This document shows, piece after piece, positions 28,860-38,826 of a stretch of DNA of 64,000 bases (position 1 is its first letter; each line of letters starts with the position of its first letter). The notes under the pieces are model-generated. The model made no database searches. It was given only the letters and a program-made list of their open reading frames with translations, and had not been told where the DNA came from. This stretch comes from Candidatus Bathyarchaeota archaeon (lineage in GTDB: Archaea > Thermoproteota > Bathyarchaeia > Bathyarchaeales > Bathycorpusculaceae). The stretch spans positions 93,321-157,320 of the forward strand of contig JAOZHT010000004.1 of the NCBI GenBank assembly GCA_026014735.1. The letters run 5' to 3'. The position numbers were made by a program, and so were the translations under genes.

Positions 28860-30110
28860 TCAGGAGCCGAATGCTGTTTTTCGATGTTGTCTACAGACCA
28901 ATAAGGAAACGATAACTAACGCTATTATGACGGCGACAATTATTAGTGGTTGCATCCACGAGTCAGTCAGGGCAAAGTTTGACGCTGAAGTCTCTGATGA
29001 AATATCTGCTGGTTGAGTTAACGGATGATAGTCAATGTTGTTTTCGTCAATAATGTAAGATCCCTTTCCAGTATAATCAGACCAGTAGTTACCAACCGCA
29101 CCGTTATACCATGTGACTGCATCGGTTCCGTTAAGTGTAGAAGTATCGGATTCTGCTTGCATATGCTCGTATGCTTCTGGAAATGGATATTGATGCTCTA
29201 CCTCTACAGCGTAGCCATTATCTATGAAATTGTTGCCGTACACTCGATTACCTGACCCTTGACCGTAACGTAACAAATAGTTCGGAAGGTAAACGCCAAC
29301 ATCATTCTTTTCAATAAGGTTGTTATGTATGGCTGAATTGTTGACATAGGATAACTCTATGCCGTAACCTTTCCTGTTAAAACCCATATTTTGCGCTATT
29401 GCATTTCCGTAAACATCAACATTTGATATCGATTGAAGATTAATCCCAATTTGATTATTATTTATAAAATTATTTTCTATTGTCAAGTTACAGGCATTAT
29501 AGCTACCGTGAGCAGTTATTGCAGCACGATTGCCTGATAGGGTGTTATTGGAGATAATGCTGTTTCTAAAATAACCATTGATACCAAAGGTACTATTGAT
29601 AATTACGTTCTTAGAAATTTCCGAATCTTCAATTAGGTGCTCTGTGATAATGCCCCTAGTGCTGTCTGAGATTATGTTATTACTAATTCTAATCTCAACC
29701 GCCTTTAACCTAATTGTGATGGCGTAGAAGCTGTTTGTTATTGAGAATCCAGCTACTGTTACATTCGAAGAAGAAATCGCGATTGTTCCCCGGTCATATG
29801 GAAGAGGATATGACCCATCGTCACTACGATGTCCATTAATGGTGGTTCTTTTGCTGTCTTCCCCGATTAAATTTATGGGCTTATCTACATTGATAGCGTC
29901 CGCATAGGAATGGACCTCATAGGTTCCCTTTTTAACAAACACTGTATCTCCTGCACTTGCGTTTCCTACTGCCGATTGGATTGTCGGGTAATCGTCAGGT
30001 ACAACTATGGTTTTAGGCTGCTCATTCATGGTTGATGATTGAACGAGAACAATTACACTTAGGATAATGACCGCCACTATTGCAGCCAAGACCTTACCAG
30101 CTTTTCGCAT
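28860..30110 (-). CDS. NosD/CASH parallel beta-helix surface protein
   Basis: IVVPDDYPTIQSAV, Asn/Ile-rich repeats, GNYWSDY, C-terminal TM plus basic tail; visibly AT-rich. Confidence 0.88.
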   Translation of the reverse strand: MRKAGKVLAAIVAVIILSVIVLVQSSTMNEQPKTIVVPDDYPTIQSAVGNASAGDTVFVKKGTYEVHSYADAINVDKPINLIGEDSKRTTINGHRSDDGSYPLPYDRGTIAISSSNVTVAGFSITNSFYAITIRLKAVEIRISNNIISDSTRGIITEHLIEDSEISKNVIINSTFGINGYFRNSIISNNTLSGNRAAITAHGSYNACNLTIENNFINNNQIGINLQSISNVDVYGNAIAQNMGFNRKGYGIELSYVNNSAIHNNLIEKNDVGVYLPNYLLRYGQGSGNRVYGNNFIDNGYAVEVEHQYPFPEAYEHMQAESDTSTLNGTDAVTWYNGAVGNYWSDYTGKGSYIIDENNIDYHPLTQPADISSETSASNFALTDSWMQPLIIVAVIIALVIVSLLVCRQHRKTAFGS

Positions 30111-30324
30111 AATCAATTTTTGGGTTGACTCTGGTTAAAAGCATTCTTGTCTACGTTTCTTGACAATGTTTGTCAAGGTTTTTAGACTAAACTGCTTGGA
30201 GTGGATGCAACCGCAACTATCATTGATTAACCAGGCGCTGTCCTTCACATTTTTTAAGCATCCGACCTTTGCTCTAAACAAGCTTTAAATGTCCCATTTG
30301 ATACATGCAGAATCGGAATCAGCC

Positions 30325-30903
30325 ATGACAGTCGCCCAGAACGTCCGCAACCACCTAAAAAACAAACCCTACCTCCTCGAAGCCCTAGAAAAAGGCATCG
30401 TCAACCTCAGCGAACTCTCCAGACAAATCCAAAAAGAACTCGACAGCAGCGACACCAGCGCCATCAAAGCCGCCCTCCGCCGCTACAGCGAAGAACTCCA
30501 AAAGCACCGCCAGAAACGCGAAGAAAAAGTCCTCGCCCTCCTCAAACGCAGCGGCATAGCCGTGTATGACCGCAAATCCGTCATGATAACCGCCAAGGAG
30601 CTGCCGGGCAACGCAGGCATGAAAGTGGATTTACTCGACAAATTCGTGTATCTGATGGACCGCAACGACCTCCCCGAACGCATTGCCTCGCTGGTGAAGC
30701 ATGAGAACTGCACCATGATTGTGGTTCACTCCCCCGAGGAACTGGAAACCATCCCCGGCGTCGTCGCGTTCCTCGCTACGCTGCTGGCGGAGCAGAACGT
30801 CAACATCGTCGAATTCATCTCGTGCTGGACAGAAACCATCATGGTGGTGGAGAAGAAAGACAGCCTCAAAGCGTATGAGGTTCTCTCAAACCTGGTTGGC
30901 TGA
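30325..30903 (+). CDS. ACT-domain protein with N-terminal HTH-like region (putative amino-acid-sensing regulator)
   Basis: GIVNLSELSRQI helix segment; PGVVAFLATLLAEQNVNIVEFISC ACT signature. Confidence 0.8.
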   Translation: MTVAQNVRNHLKNKPYLLEALEKGIVNLSELSRQIQKELDSSDTSAIKAALRRYSEELQKHRQKREEKVLALLKRSGIAVYDRKSVMITAKELPGNAGMKVDLLDKFVYLMDRNDLPERIASLVKHENCTMIVVHSPEELETIPGVVAFLATLLAEQNVNIVEFISCWTETIMVVEKKDSLKAYEVLSNLVG

Positions 30904-30907
30904 GCTT

Positions 30908-31315
30908 TTAGTGGATTCTTTGGGTTAACCCATCGAAACCGCGATCAAAGCTCATTATCTGTTTTATGCCTCGAGTCTCCATCAACGCCAGAGAATTACA
31001 GTCGGTGAAGCTCAGGGAGTTATCTTTTAGGGTCCTAAATTTTTTCCAGGTTTGATGGAATGCATCCTCTGTTACCCATATTTTGGTAATGCGTGGGGAT
31101 TCAATGATGTATTTTCCTAAGTCGATGGCTAAATCTTTCCGTTTCGTGCGTGCATAGGCGGTCGTAACTGCTTCATCGATGATGTAGTCGGAGGTGAATA
31201 CTGCGCCAAAATCGCCCTTTAGGGCTTGCCTGAAGAGTTCTCTGCCTCTTTGGTGATTGTTGTCAACGCCGTTGTTTAATGCAACAAAAATGCCTGTGTC
31301 AACAAAAACAGCCAT
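30908..31315 (-). CDS. vapC: PIN-domain toxin
   Basis: VFVDTG, DEAVTT, SFTDC, SFD acidic catalytic positions. Confidence 0.92.
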   Translation of the reverse strand: MAVFVDTGIFVALNNGVDNNHQRGRELFRQALKGDFGAVFTSDYIIDEAVTTAYARTKRKDLAIDLGKYIIESPRITKIWVTEDAFHQTWKKFRTLKDNSLSFTDCNSLALMETRGIKQIMSFDRGFDGLTQRIH

Positions 31316-31324
31316 AACCGTCCC

Positions 31325-31597
31325 TCAACCGTAGAGTGTTTCGTCGATTTTTTGCGACGCGTCTTTTACGCCCCAGTTTTTGGGTTTTTCAAGTAATTGC
31401 CAGGCGGGGTCTTCTTCTAGGGGTGGGAGCTCTTGGAAATGCGTCATGAACTGTTCTTCGTCTTCGAGAGCGTGGTCGATCATTGCGCCGACGGCTTCTT
31501 GGATGGTTACTTTTTTGCCGGAGTGGAGTAGGAGTTTGGCGAGGAAGCGGTCGAGTTTTTGTTTTTTGGATTCGTCAATTTTGATTGTAAGTGTCAT
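31325..31597 (-). CDS. Putative antitoxin (VapB-like)
   Basis: 90-aa gene just upstream of vapC; N-terminal beta-helix pattern (TLTIKIDESKKQKLD); ends ASQKIDETLYG. Confidence 0.8.
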   Translation of the reverse strand: MTLTIKIDESKKQKLDRFLAKLLLHSGKKVTIQEAVGAMIDHALEDEEQFMTHFQELPPLEEDPAWQLLEKPKNWGVKDASQKIDETLYG

Positions 31598-31605
31598 AGT
31601 AGAAA

Positions 31606-31621
31606 AGTGTAATATTACACT
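31606..31621. promoter_or_regulatory. Perfect 16-bp palindrome, putative vapBC operator
   Basis: AGTGTAATATTACACT, 8 nt upstream of the antitoxin ATG. Confidence 0.72.
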
Positions 31622-32020
31622 AAAAAATTTTGTGGCGAAATCGCCCAACAACACCGCGGCAACCAAAAAAGACAACCCAAAGCCTACAAGCCCCCCAAAA
31701 CCAGTCGGCTAACAACAGCCGCCCCAGAAGCAAAAACAGCTGCAGACGCCTCCAACCAAAAACTCCGCACCTGCGCAGCCGCCTTAACGGGTCTTCAGTG
31801 AACGCACATCCAAAAGGCAGGTTACTGTGCATCTGTGAAGCCTATAAATAGAGGGGGGTAGAGTCGCAGCAAGCAACAGACATCAGCCCTTCCCGTAATG
31901 AAGAGTCAAAATCAGCTAACATATTTGTGCAGCACACCAAAATTATTAATTCCACCGCCGACACTTCTCTGACTATAACCCAAACAGGTCTAGTCATTAA
32001 TCATTTGGAGATGCAACGGA

Positions 32021-33271
32021 TTGGTTCATCAAGAATGCATAAACTGCAAAACAGCATATGGCACAGATGAGGTTGTGTATTTCTGCAGAAAATGCGGAGA
32101 CATCCTCGAAATCAAATATGAAAGCGGCGAATTGGCAGCGGCAGCAAAAACAGGCGACTGGAAAGCAAAGCCGCTTTCGGTGTGGCGCTACCGACCCTTC
32201 ATGCCCATCCACGAAGCCACCAAACTCGTCACCCTCGGCGAAGGCGGAACAGGCTTGCACCGCAGCCAACGCCTAGGAGACGAACTCGGCGTAAACACCC
32301 TATACGTCAAAAACGAAGGCGAAAACCCCACCGGCAGCTTCAAAGACAGAGGCATGACAGTGGGCGTAACCAAAGCCGTTGAACTCGGCGCACGCCACGT
32401 AATCTGCGCCTCCACAGGCAACACCAGCGCGGCTCTGGCAGCATACGCGGCACGAGCAGGCATCCGATGCACCGTCCTGATTCCCTCGGGCAAAATCGCC
32501 TATGGCAAACTCAGCCAAGCCATGATCCACGGCGCCAAAGTGCTGCAGGTTAAAGGCAACTTTGATGAGGCACTGGAGTTTGTGCTTAAACTCGCCGAAA
32601 AACATCAAGACATTTACCTGCTTAACTCCATCAACCCCTTCCGCATCGAAGGCCAAAAATCGCTGGGATACGAAATCTGCGAGCAACTCAACAACCAAGC
32701 CCCTGACCGCATCGTCATCCCCGTTGGAAACGCAGGCAACATCAGCGCAGTCTGGAAAGGACTTAAAGAATTCCACCAGCTCGGCTACATCAAAAAGCTG
32801 CCCAAAATGACCGGCATCCAAGCCGCAGGCAGCGCACCCATCGCACAAGCCATCAAAGCAGGCAGCGACAAAATCGTCCCCGTCGAGCACCCCGAAACCG
32901 TCGCAACCGCCATCCGCATCGGCGCACCAGTCAGCTGGAAAAAAGCAGTCAACGCCATCCGCGAATCAGGCGGAACAGCCGAAACCGTCACCGACGAAGA
33001 AATCCTCGACGCCCAAAAAACTTTGGCGCGAATAGAAGGAATCTTTGTGGAACCCGCCTCTGCCTCATCGATTGCTGGCCTCAAAAAACTCGTGAAGCGT
33101 GGAGTTATCCTTTCAGACGAGAAGGTGGTCTGCATCACCACTGGGCATGGCCTCAAAGACCCTGACACCGCCATTAAGCAATGCGAGAAACCCGTTGAGG
33201 TAGATGCAGAGATGTCAGCGATTGAGGATGCCTTGGGCTTAAAGAGAAACGAGGCTGTTGTGGCTCGGTGA
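32021..33271 (+). CDS. thrC: Threonine synthase
   Basis: NPTGSFKDRG, CASTGNTSA, PVGNAGN, EPASA; TTG start after GGAG. Confidence 0.97.
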   Translation: MVHQECINCKTAYGTDEVVYFCRKCGDILEIKYESGELAAAAKTGDWKAKPLSVWRYRPFMPIHEATKLVTLGEGGTGLHRSQRLGDELGVNTLYVKNEGENPTGSFKDRGMTVGVTKAVELGARHVICASTGNTSAALAAYAARAGIRCTVLIPSGKIAYGKLSQAMIHGAKVLQVKGNFDEALEFVLKLAEKHQDIYLLNSINPFRIEGQKSLGYEICEQLNNQAPDRIVIPVGNAGNISAVWKGLKEFHQLGYIKKLPKMTGIQAAGSAPIAQAIKAGSDKIVPVEHPETVATAIRIGAPVSWKKAVNAIRESGGTAETVTDEEILDAQKTLARIEGIFVEPASASSIAGLKKLVKRGVILSDEKVVCITTGHGLKDPDTAIKQCEKPVEVDAEMSAIEDALGLKRNEAVVAR

Positions 33272-33278
33272 GGTATGC

Positions 33279-34310
33279 ATGAGGATTATTCTGGTCGGAT
33301 ACGGCGTTGTCGGCAAAGGCGTCACCACGATTCTTGCCAAACGCAGCGTCGAGAAAGTCAAGGACTACGGCTTTAACCCCAAAATCGTAGCCATAGCAGA
33401 CATCGATGGCGCAGTCATCAACCCCCGAGGATTCAGCCCCGAAAAACTCGAAGCCATCAAGCAACGCGGCTACCCCATCAGCGCCGACCCCCAATACGGC
33501 CACCCCGCCATGAAGGCGCAGGAAGTCATCGAGCAAGTCGAAGCCGAAGTCGTCGTTGAAGTAACCCCAGTCAACATCCAAACCGCGGAACCCGCCCTCA
33601 CACACATAACCACCGCCTTTAGAACAGGCAAACACGTCGTAACCACCAACAAAGGACCCCTAGCCCTAGCCATGCCCGCACTCACCGAACTAGCCGAATA
33701 CAACAACGTGTATTTCCGCTTCAGCGGCACTGTGGGCGGCGGCACCCCGATGCTGGAATTCGCCAAAAGATGTCTAGCAGGCGACAGAATACTGGGCATC
33801 AAAGGCATCCTTAACGGCACAACCAACTACATCCTCAGCGAGATGGGACAGAACCGCATAAGCTTCCAAGATGCCCTCCAAACCGCCCAGAAGCTAGGCT
33901 ACGCCGAGCGGGAACCCTCCATGGATATTGACGGATACGACACCGCCTGCAAAACCGTGATTTTGGCAAACTGGATTCTGGGCCAGAAAATCACCCTCAA
34001 AGACGTCGACCGCACAGGCATCCGAGACGTCACATTAGAAATGCTCGACGACGCAGCCAAACGGGGCAGCACCCTCAAACTCATCGGCTCCCTCGACGGC
34101 ACCACCAAACCCTCTGTGAAACCCACGGAAATCCCCAAAACCAACCCGCTCTGCGTCAGCGGAGTCCTCAACGCCGTCACCTACCAATGCGAATTCGCCG
34201 CGGAGCAAACCATCATCGGACGTGGTGCAGGCTCAATTGAAACGGCTGGTGCGGTTTTAAGGGACCTCTTAGACATAAGACATAAGTTAGCAACTAAACT
34301 ACTAACGTAG
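33279..34310 (+). CDS. hom: Homoserine dehydrogenase
   Basis: GYGVVG, VVTTNKGP, GILNGTTNYIL, GRGAG. Confidence 0.96.
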   Translation: MRIILVGYGVVGKGVTTILAKRSVEKVKDYGFNPKIVAIADIDGAVINPRGFSPEKLEAIKQRGYPISADPQYGHPAMKAQEVIEQVEAEVVVEVTPVNIQTAEPALTHITTAFRTGKHVVTTNKGPLALAMPALTELAEYNNVYFRFSGTVGGGTPMLEFAKRCLAGDRILGIKGILNGTTNYILSEMGQNRISFQDALQTAQKLGYAEREPSMDIDGYDTACKTVILANWILGQKITLKDVDRTGIRDVTLEMLDDAAKRGSTLKLIGSLDGTTKPSVKPTEIPKTNPLCVSGVLNAVTYQCEFAAEQTIIGRGAGSIETAGAVLRDLLDIRHKLATKLLT

Positions 34311-34327
34311 AGAAAACGTGAATCGCC

Positions 34328-35737
34328 ATGAAAATAGTGATGAAGTTCGGTGGAACAAGCGTCGGCACAGGCAAAAACATACGTCACGTAGCCGACTTAG
34401 TTACCCAATACGCCAAAAAAGACAACAAAGTAGCCGTGGTTGTTTCGGCGCTGGCAGGAGTCACTAACGAGTTAATCGAAACCGGATGCAAAGCCAAAAA
34501 AAGCGACGAAAAACACATCCAAGCCTTCACAGCCGACCTGCTCAAAAAACACACAGACGCCATCGAGGCAGCCATCACCAGCAAGGCAATCCAGAAAGAA
34601 GTCAAGTTAGCCACCCAGAAAACCATCGTGGAACTCGAAAAAGTCCTCACCGGCATCTGCTACGTCGGCGAACTCACCCCCAAATCTAAGGATTACGTGA
34701 TGTCCTTTGGCGAACGCCTCAGCGCCCCCATCGTCTCCGGCGCCATAAGAGACTACCAAGCACAAAGTCAGGCGCTCACAGGCAAAGACGCTGGCATAGT
34801 CACCGACAGCAACTTCGGCGAAGCCGACCCCCTGATGAACTACACCACCCACCTCATCCGCGAACGCCTCAGCCCCCTGATTGAAAAAGGCACCATCCCC
34901 GTGGTCACCGGCTTCATAGCCGCTAACCAAGATGGCGTTGTCACCACGGTTGGTCGTGGAGGTTCAGACTACACCGCCACTATCCTGGGCGTGGCTTTGG
35001 AGGCAGATGAAGTGTGGATTTGGACTGACGTCGACGGCATCATGACCACGGACCCCAAACTGGTGCCAGCCGCCCGCATGCTTCCGCAGCTAACCTACCA
35101 GGAAGCTTCGGAGATGGCGATTTTCGGAGCCAAAGCCATGCATCCACGCGCGCTTGGCCCAGTGAGCAAAGTGGGGATTCCGGTTCGTATCCGCAACACC
35201 GCATGTCCCGAAAACAGCGGCACCCTAATCACCACTGAACCAGCCAAAAACGAAACTAAACCCGTCAAAGCCGTTGCCATGATCAAAGACGTAGCGATGC
35301 TAAACGTCTACGGAGCCGCCATGGTCGGGGCACCCGGCAGCTACGCTAAAGTCTTCGAGGTTCTCGGCAGAAACGGCATAAACGTCATGATGACCTCCGC
35401 CGCAGTCTCCGAAGCCAACATCTCACTGATAATCAAGCGTGGACTGCTCGGCAGAGCCATCAGCAACCTTGAAATCGCATTGCAGGAACGCGGAGGAATA
35501 GTCAGCGAGGTCACCGCCGAAGACGACGTGGCAGTCATCGCGGTTATGGGCGCCTACATGAAGGGCACCTTGGGGATTGCCTCAAAAATCTTCGAGATAG
35601 TCGCCAAAAAAGGCATCAACATCCGCATGATCGCGCAGGGCAGCTCGGAACTCAACATCAGCTTCGTTGTGAAGGAGAAGGATGGCGCCGCGGTTGTGCG
35701 GGCGATTCATGACGAATTTGGCCTCGACAAGCCTTAG
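34328..35737 (+). CDS. lysC: Aspartate kinase
   Basis: KFGGTSV, GRGGSDYTA, WTDVDG, two ACT domains. Confidence 0.96.
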   Translation: MKIVMKFGGTSVGTGKNIRHVADLVTQYAKKDNKVAVVVSALAGVTNELIETGCKAKKSDEKHIQAFTADLLKKHTDAIEAAITSKAIQKEVKLATQKTIVELEKVLTGICYVGELTPKSKDYVMSFGERLSAPIVSGAIRDYQAQSQALTGKDAGIVTDSNFGEADPLMNYTTHLIRERLSPLIEKGTIPVVTGFIAANQDGVVTTVGRGGSDYTATILGVALEADEVWIWTDVDGIMTTDPKLVPAARMLPQLTYQEASEMAIFGAKAMHPRALGPVSKVGIPVRIRNTACPENSGTLITTEPAKNETKPVKAVAMIKDVAMLNVYGAAMVGAPGSYAKVFEVLGRNGINVMMTSAAVSEANISLIIKRGLLGRAISNLEIALQERGGIVSEVTAEDDVAVIAVMGAYMKGTLGIASKIFEIVAKKGINIRMIAQGSSELNISFVVKEKDGAAVVRAIHDEFGLDKP

Positions 35738-35837
35738 CGGCCAGATGAGCCTGTAGGGTTGCAGGCACAACTCTTTTTATTTTTCTGCTGAGTTTCTAGT
35801 AGTGATTTTGGGCGTTAATTTGTGAGTTCTGAGTTCT

Positions 35838-36323
35838 ATGATGCTTAAACTGCGGTCCAACAGGAAAGGCTCACTTAAACTAGTCGCCGCCATAGTCGCA
35901 GTGATAGTTCTGGTTGCCCTGGTCGCTTTAGCCGTCTACTACTACAGCGCCTACCACAACCTTGGCTTCCAGCTAAACAGCGTATCTTTAGGCAGCGTAA
36001 GCACATCGGTTTTAACCCTTAACTTCGCCATCGACGTAAACAACACGAATTTGCTGCCCATCTACATTCCAAGCGGAAGCTTCGACATATACGTAAACGA
36101 TCAATACCTGGGAAAAGGCACGTTTAATTCACTAACCGTGGAAGGAAGCAGCGTCGGCCAAATTAAAGCCCCTGTGACCTTTAACGTTTCAGACGTGCCC
36201 GCAGTCGCCGCTGGAATTCTGGGCGGCGGCGGAACCGTAACAGTGACCATCGAGGGATCAGCTGACCTGTGGCTTTTACGTGTCCCCTTCTCCTCTACAC
36301 TCTACGATGCAAAACTCATCTAA
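35838..36323 (+). CDS. LEA-2/WHy domain membrane-anchored protein
   Basis: N-terminal TM; DVNNTN.LPI and FDIYVND..LG pattern. Confidence 0.75.
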   Translation: MMLKLRSNRKGSLKLVAAIVAVIVLVALVALAVYYYSAYHNLGFQLNSVSLGSVSTSVLTLNFAIDVNNTNLLPIYIPSGSFDIYVNDQYLGKGTFNSLTVEGSSVGQIKAPVTFNVSDVPAVAAGILGGGGTVTVTIEGSADLWLLRVPFSSTLYDAKLI

Positions 36324-36383
36324 GCACCCCGCTTTGCCAGACAACCATTTAGCCAGCAAAGACTTATAGTTTAAAGAGCAGGT

Positions 36384-36935
36384 ATGGCCAAAATTAACCT
36401 CGCCGCAGACATCGCAGAGAAACTTGAGCAGCTTCTCGGCGCATCCTATGATTTTTTAGGATTCACCTTAAAACTGAAATCAGCCACCATAACCGACAAC
36501 CTCCAAAGCACCAACATAGCAGAGTTGCACTACAGGTTAATCGCGCCGATGCTTAGCCACTATGCAATCGGCAAGCATACACCGTTAACGGGTAAACTGC
36601 TTAAATTCAAAGATATCCCAGGTGGTTACGCCTATGAGGATGCCTTCATTAACCGAGCAATCAAACCCATAGAAGATGTCTTCGGCGAGGACCCCAAGGA
36701 ACTGTTAGATGCGGCAGGTCGTTTAGGCGGCAAACCATTAGCTTTTGGCGACGCTTCTGCAGAGATAAACACGCTTAAAGGCATCCCCTTAACCTACATT
36801 CTCTACGAGGCAGACGAGTTCCCAGCCTCCGCCAGCATACTTTATGATTCATCCGCAAGCGACTATTTGCCCACGGAAGATTTGGCGGTTCTGGGTGAAT
36901 TCGCATCGATGCGCTTAATAGAAGCAAAAAGATAA
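36384..36935 (+). CDS. DUF3786-like protein
   Basis: FKDIPGG..Y...F, DEFPASASILYD, LPTEDLAVLG. Confidence 0.8.
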   Translation: MAKINLAADIAEKLEQLLGASYDFLGFTLKLKSATITDNLQSTNIAELHYRLIAPMLSHYAIGKHTPLTGKLLKFKDIPGGYAYEDAFINRAIKPIEDVFGEDPKELLDAAGRLGGKPLAFGDASAEINTLKGIPLTYILYEADEFPASASILYDSSASDYLPTEDLAVLGEFASMRLIEAKR

Positions 36936-36968
36936 AAAGAAAAAAATGGCTGGTTGAACTTGTCTTCC

Positions 36969-37340
36969 TTATAGGAGGAATTGAAGTTCAGTGCTTGCAC
37001 CTTGCTGGTCGACATTTTCGTCTTTGGGTTTCTGCAGGCGTAATTTAGTGGCTAATTTTGTGAATTTACTACCTTGGGCGGGTTGGAAGCCATATTTCGC
37101 TTTTAAGCCCAAGATTGCTACGGTTTGTGCCAGCACCACGGAGTTGGATGCCATAAGTGGCGTGTCAGCGGCTAGCAAACCGTATGTTAGCCATAGCACG
37201 ACTGATGTGCACATGATGCTGCACATTGCTGTGGATAGGTCTTTAACTGATTTTGTTTTCCAGACTCTTATTAGCTGTGGAAGCAAAGAAATGGTGCTTA
37301 ACGCAGCGGCTACTAATCCTATCATGGAAATAATGTCCAT
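36969..37340 (-). CDS. SemiSWEET / PQ-loop transporter
   Basis: LLPQLIRVWKTKSVKDLS, WLTYG, three TM helices. Confidence 0.9.
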   Translation of the reverse strand: MDIISMIGLVAAALSTISLLPQLIRVWKTKSVKDLSTAMCSIMCTSVVLWLTYGLLAADTPLMASNSVVLAQTVAILGLKAKYGFQPAQGSKFTKLATKLRLQKPKDENVDQQGASTELQFLL

Positions 37341-37834
37341 GTGTTTCCCCTCTCAATTCCACTGTGTATGAAACGATCATTTATTTAATTTTCGATTTTA
37401 TACAGCAAAAACGTTTCTTCATCGAATCATACAAGAACATAATTGGATGCAAATGAACACGGTGAAACGACAGCCCAGTTAATTGCCGTTAAACCAGCAA
37501 CTCAAAACAAACCAATCCACCCTGCCACCTCACCCCTCAACAGATAAAAATTTGCGGCGGCTTAACATCTAAAACCGCTCACACACAACCCAAACAAAAA
37601 ATTAACCATCAAACAGCAAAGCGGTTATCCATGAGAGAGGACTCTGCAAAGCGCAGTTAACAAGAACAAAAAATCCCCTACAGTGAAGCGAACGCTGTTT
37701 TGCTATTAGGCAAAATAGGCTTGATAAGAACAGTTATTTTTTGTGAAGCACCATGCGGGTTTGTGATCGATATGGACATTGCATACCAAGAGGGCATCCG
37801 GAAAAGCAAGCTAAAAAGCACCAGTGAAGAAAAC

Positions 37835-38005
37835 ATGCAACCTCAAATGCCCGAGATCCGATGTAGCTGCGGAAAAAAAATCCTAATCGTGCCAGATTTA
37901 GCCGCGATGAGCCTCGCGATAAAGAGACATAAAGAGGAACATCAAGATGTCGACGAAGAATTACTCGTAGAGGAAATCCTCAAAACCCTAGCAGAAACCA
38001 AGTGA
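37835..38005 (+). CDS. Small putative zinc-binding protein
   Basis: IRCSCG...AIKRHKEEH (CxC..HxxxH); start re-called at ATG 37835. Confidence 0.6.
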   Translation: MQPQMPEIRCSCGKKILIVPDLAAMSLAIKRHKEEHQDVDEELLVEEILKTLAETK

Positions 38006-38011
38006 AATTTC

Positions 38012-38470
38012 GTGGGCATCATCGGAGTATTAGCGCTTTTTACATCAGCTAAACTACCACAAGAGGCTATATTGGGGGCACCTTATAGTTTTGTGGGGAT
38101 TTTTAATTTGATAACACAAGAAAACGAAACAAAGGATAGTTCAACCATCCTTAGGACCGTTCCGTTTGAAAGCGGCTTCCATTTTAGAACCGAGCAGGGA
38201 ACCTACACGGGATTAACCGCTACCAGCCTTCAAGACTTCGCCTCTAAACTAAATGATGTGGAGGATGAATCGGTCAGCTACCACTATTACCGCGGCGACT
38301 TTCAACGCTGGATAGAGGACACCTTAGGCGACAAAGAATTCGCTGATAGCCTATGCTTCATAGACAGAGACATCAGCGTAAGCGAACTTAAAGCGGAACT
38401 GCTCAAGCTGCTGGATAAAAGAATCACCGAGCTTGAAGGGCTAAAGTGGGTTGAAACCGAGGGCATTTAG
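38012..38470 (+). CDS. DUF5752-like protein
   Basis: GFHF..G.YTG..A.SL.DF, S..YH..RGDF.RWI...LGD. True start may be TTG 38108. Confidence 0.8.
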   Translation: MGIIGVLALFTSAKLPQEAILGAPYSFVGIFNLITQENETKDSSTILRTVPFESGFHFRTEQGTYTGLTATSLQDFASKLNDVEDESVSYHYYRGDFQRWIEDTLGDKEFADSLCFIDRDISVSELKAELLKLLDKRITELEGLKWVETEGI

Positions 38471-38568
38471 CAGAAATTCAGGGCACAAAGTGCTTACCGC
38501 GTCATGCCAGTGGAATCTGGAGACAGGCCTTTAAAATAAACTCTTAACTGCCTCGTTCCCGCATTTGT

Positions 38569-38739
38569 TTACCGTATGGCTTCGGTGAGCCGCGAGTCTC
38601 GTCTTGTGCTGGTGACCTCTTTGAAAAGCTCCAGACATTCCTCTTTGGTTGGCGCTTCGATGGCTATGCTGCCGTAGGCGCCAATGTCTATTCTATAGTT
38701 TTTAGGTTCTTTTCGTGCTCTCTCTTCAAATTCACTCAT
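38569..38739 (-). CDS. 56-aa hypothetical microprotein (not in ORF track)
   Basis: MSEFEERARKEPKNYRIDIGAYGSIAIEAPTKEECLELFKEVTSTRRDSRLTEAIR; SD-like GAGGGG and a TATA-like ATATAATA upstream. Confidence 0.65.
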   Translation of the reverse strand: MSEFEERARKEPKNYRIDIGAYGSIAIEAPTKEECLELFKEVTSTRRDSRLTEAIR

Positions 38740-38826
38740 ATTTTCCCCTCTCTGTGAGAATAGAAAATGATATGCTTCGCGGTATTATATCCTTAATGTC
38801 GTCTCAGCGTTCAGCGACTTTAGCGG

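Noticed and set aside
31820..31880. G-run motif (GCAGGTT...AGGGGGGT...CAGCAA) loosely like the reverse complement of 3740-3780, both near TA modules
   Set aside because: Similarity is short and gapped, with no terminal inverted repeats or target-site duplication, so a shared mobile element cannot be supported.
31898..31972. Short ORF MKSQNQLTYLCSTPKLLIPPPTLL upstream of thrC as a thr leader peptide
   Set aside because: Only three scattered Thr codons, no terminator-like U-tract, and it spans the likelier TATA box near 31941. A small hairpin at 31970-31996 alone is not enough.
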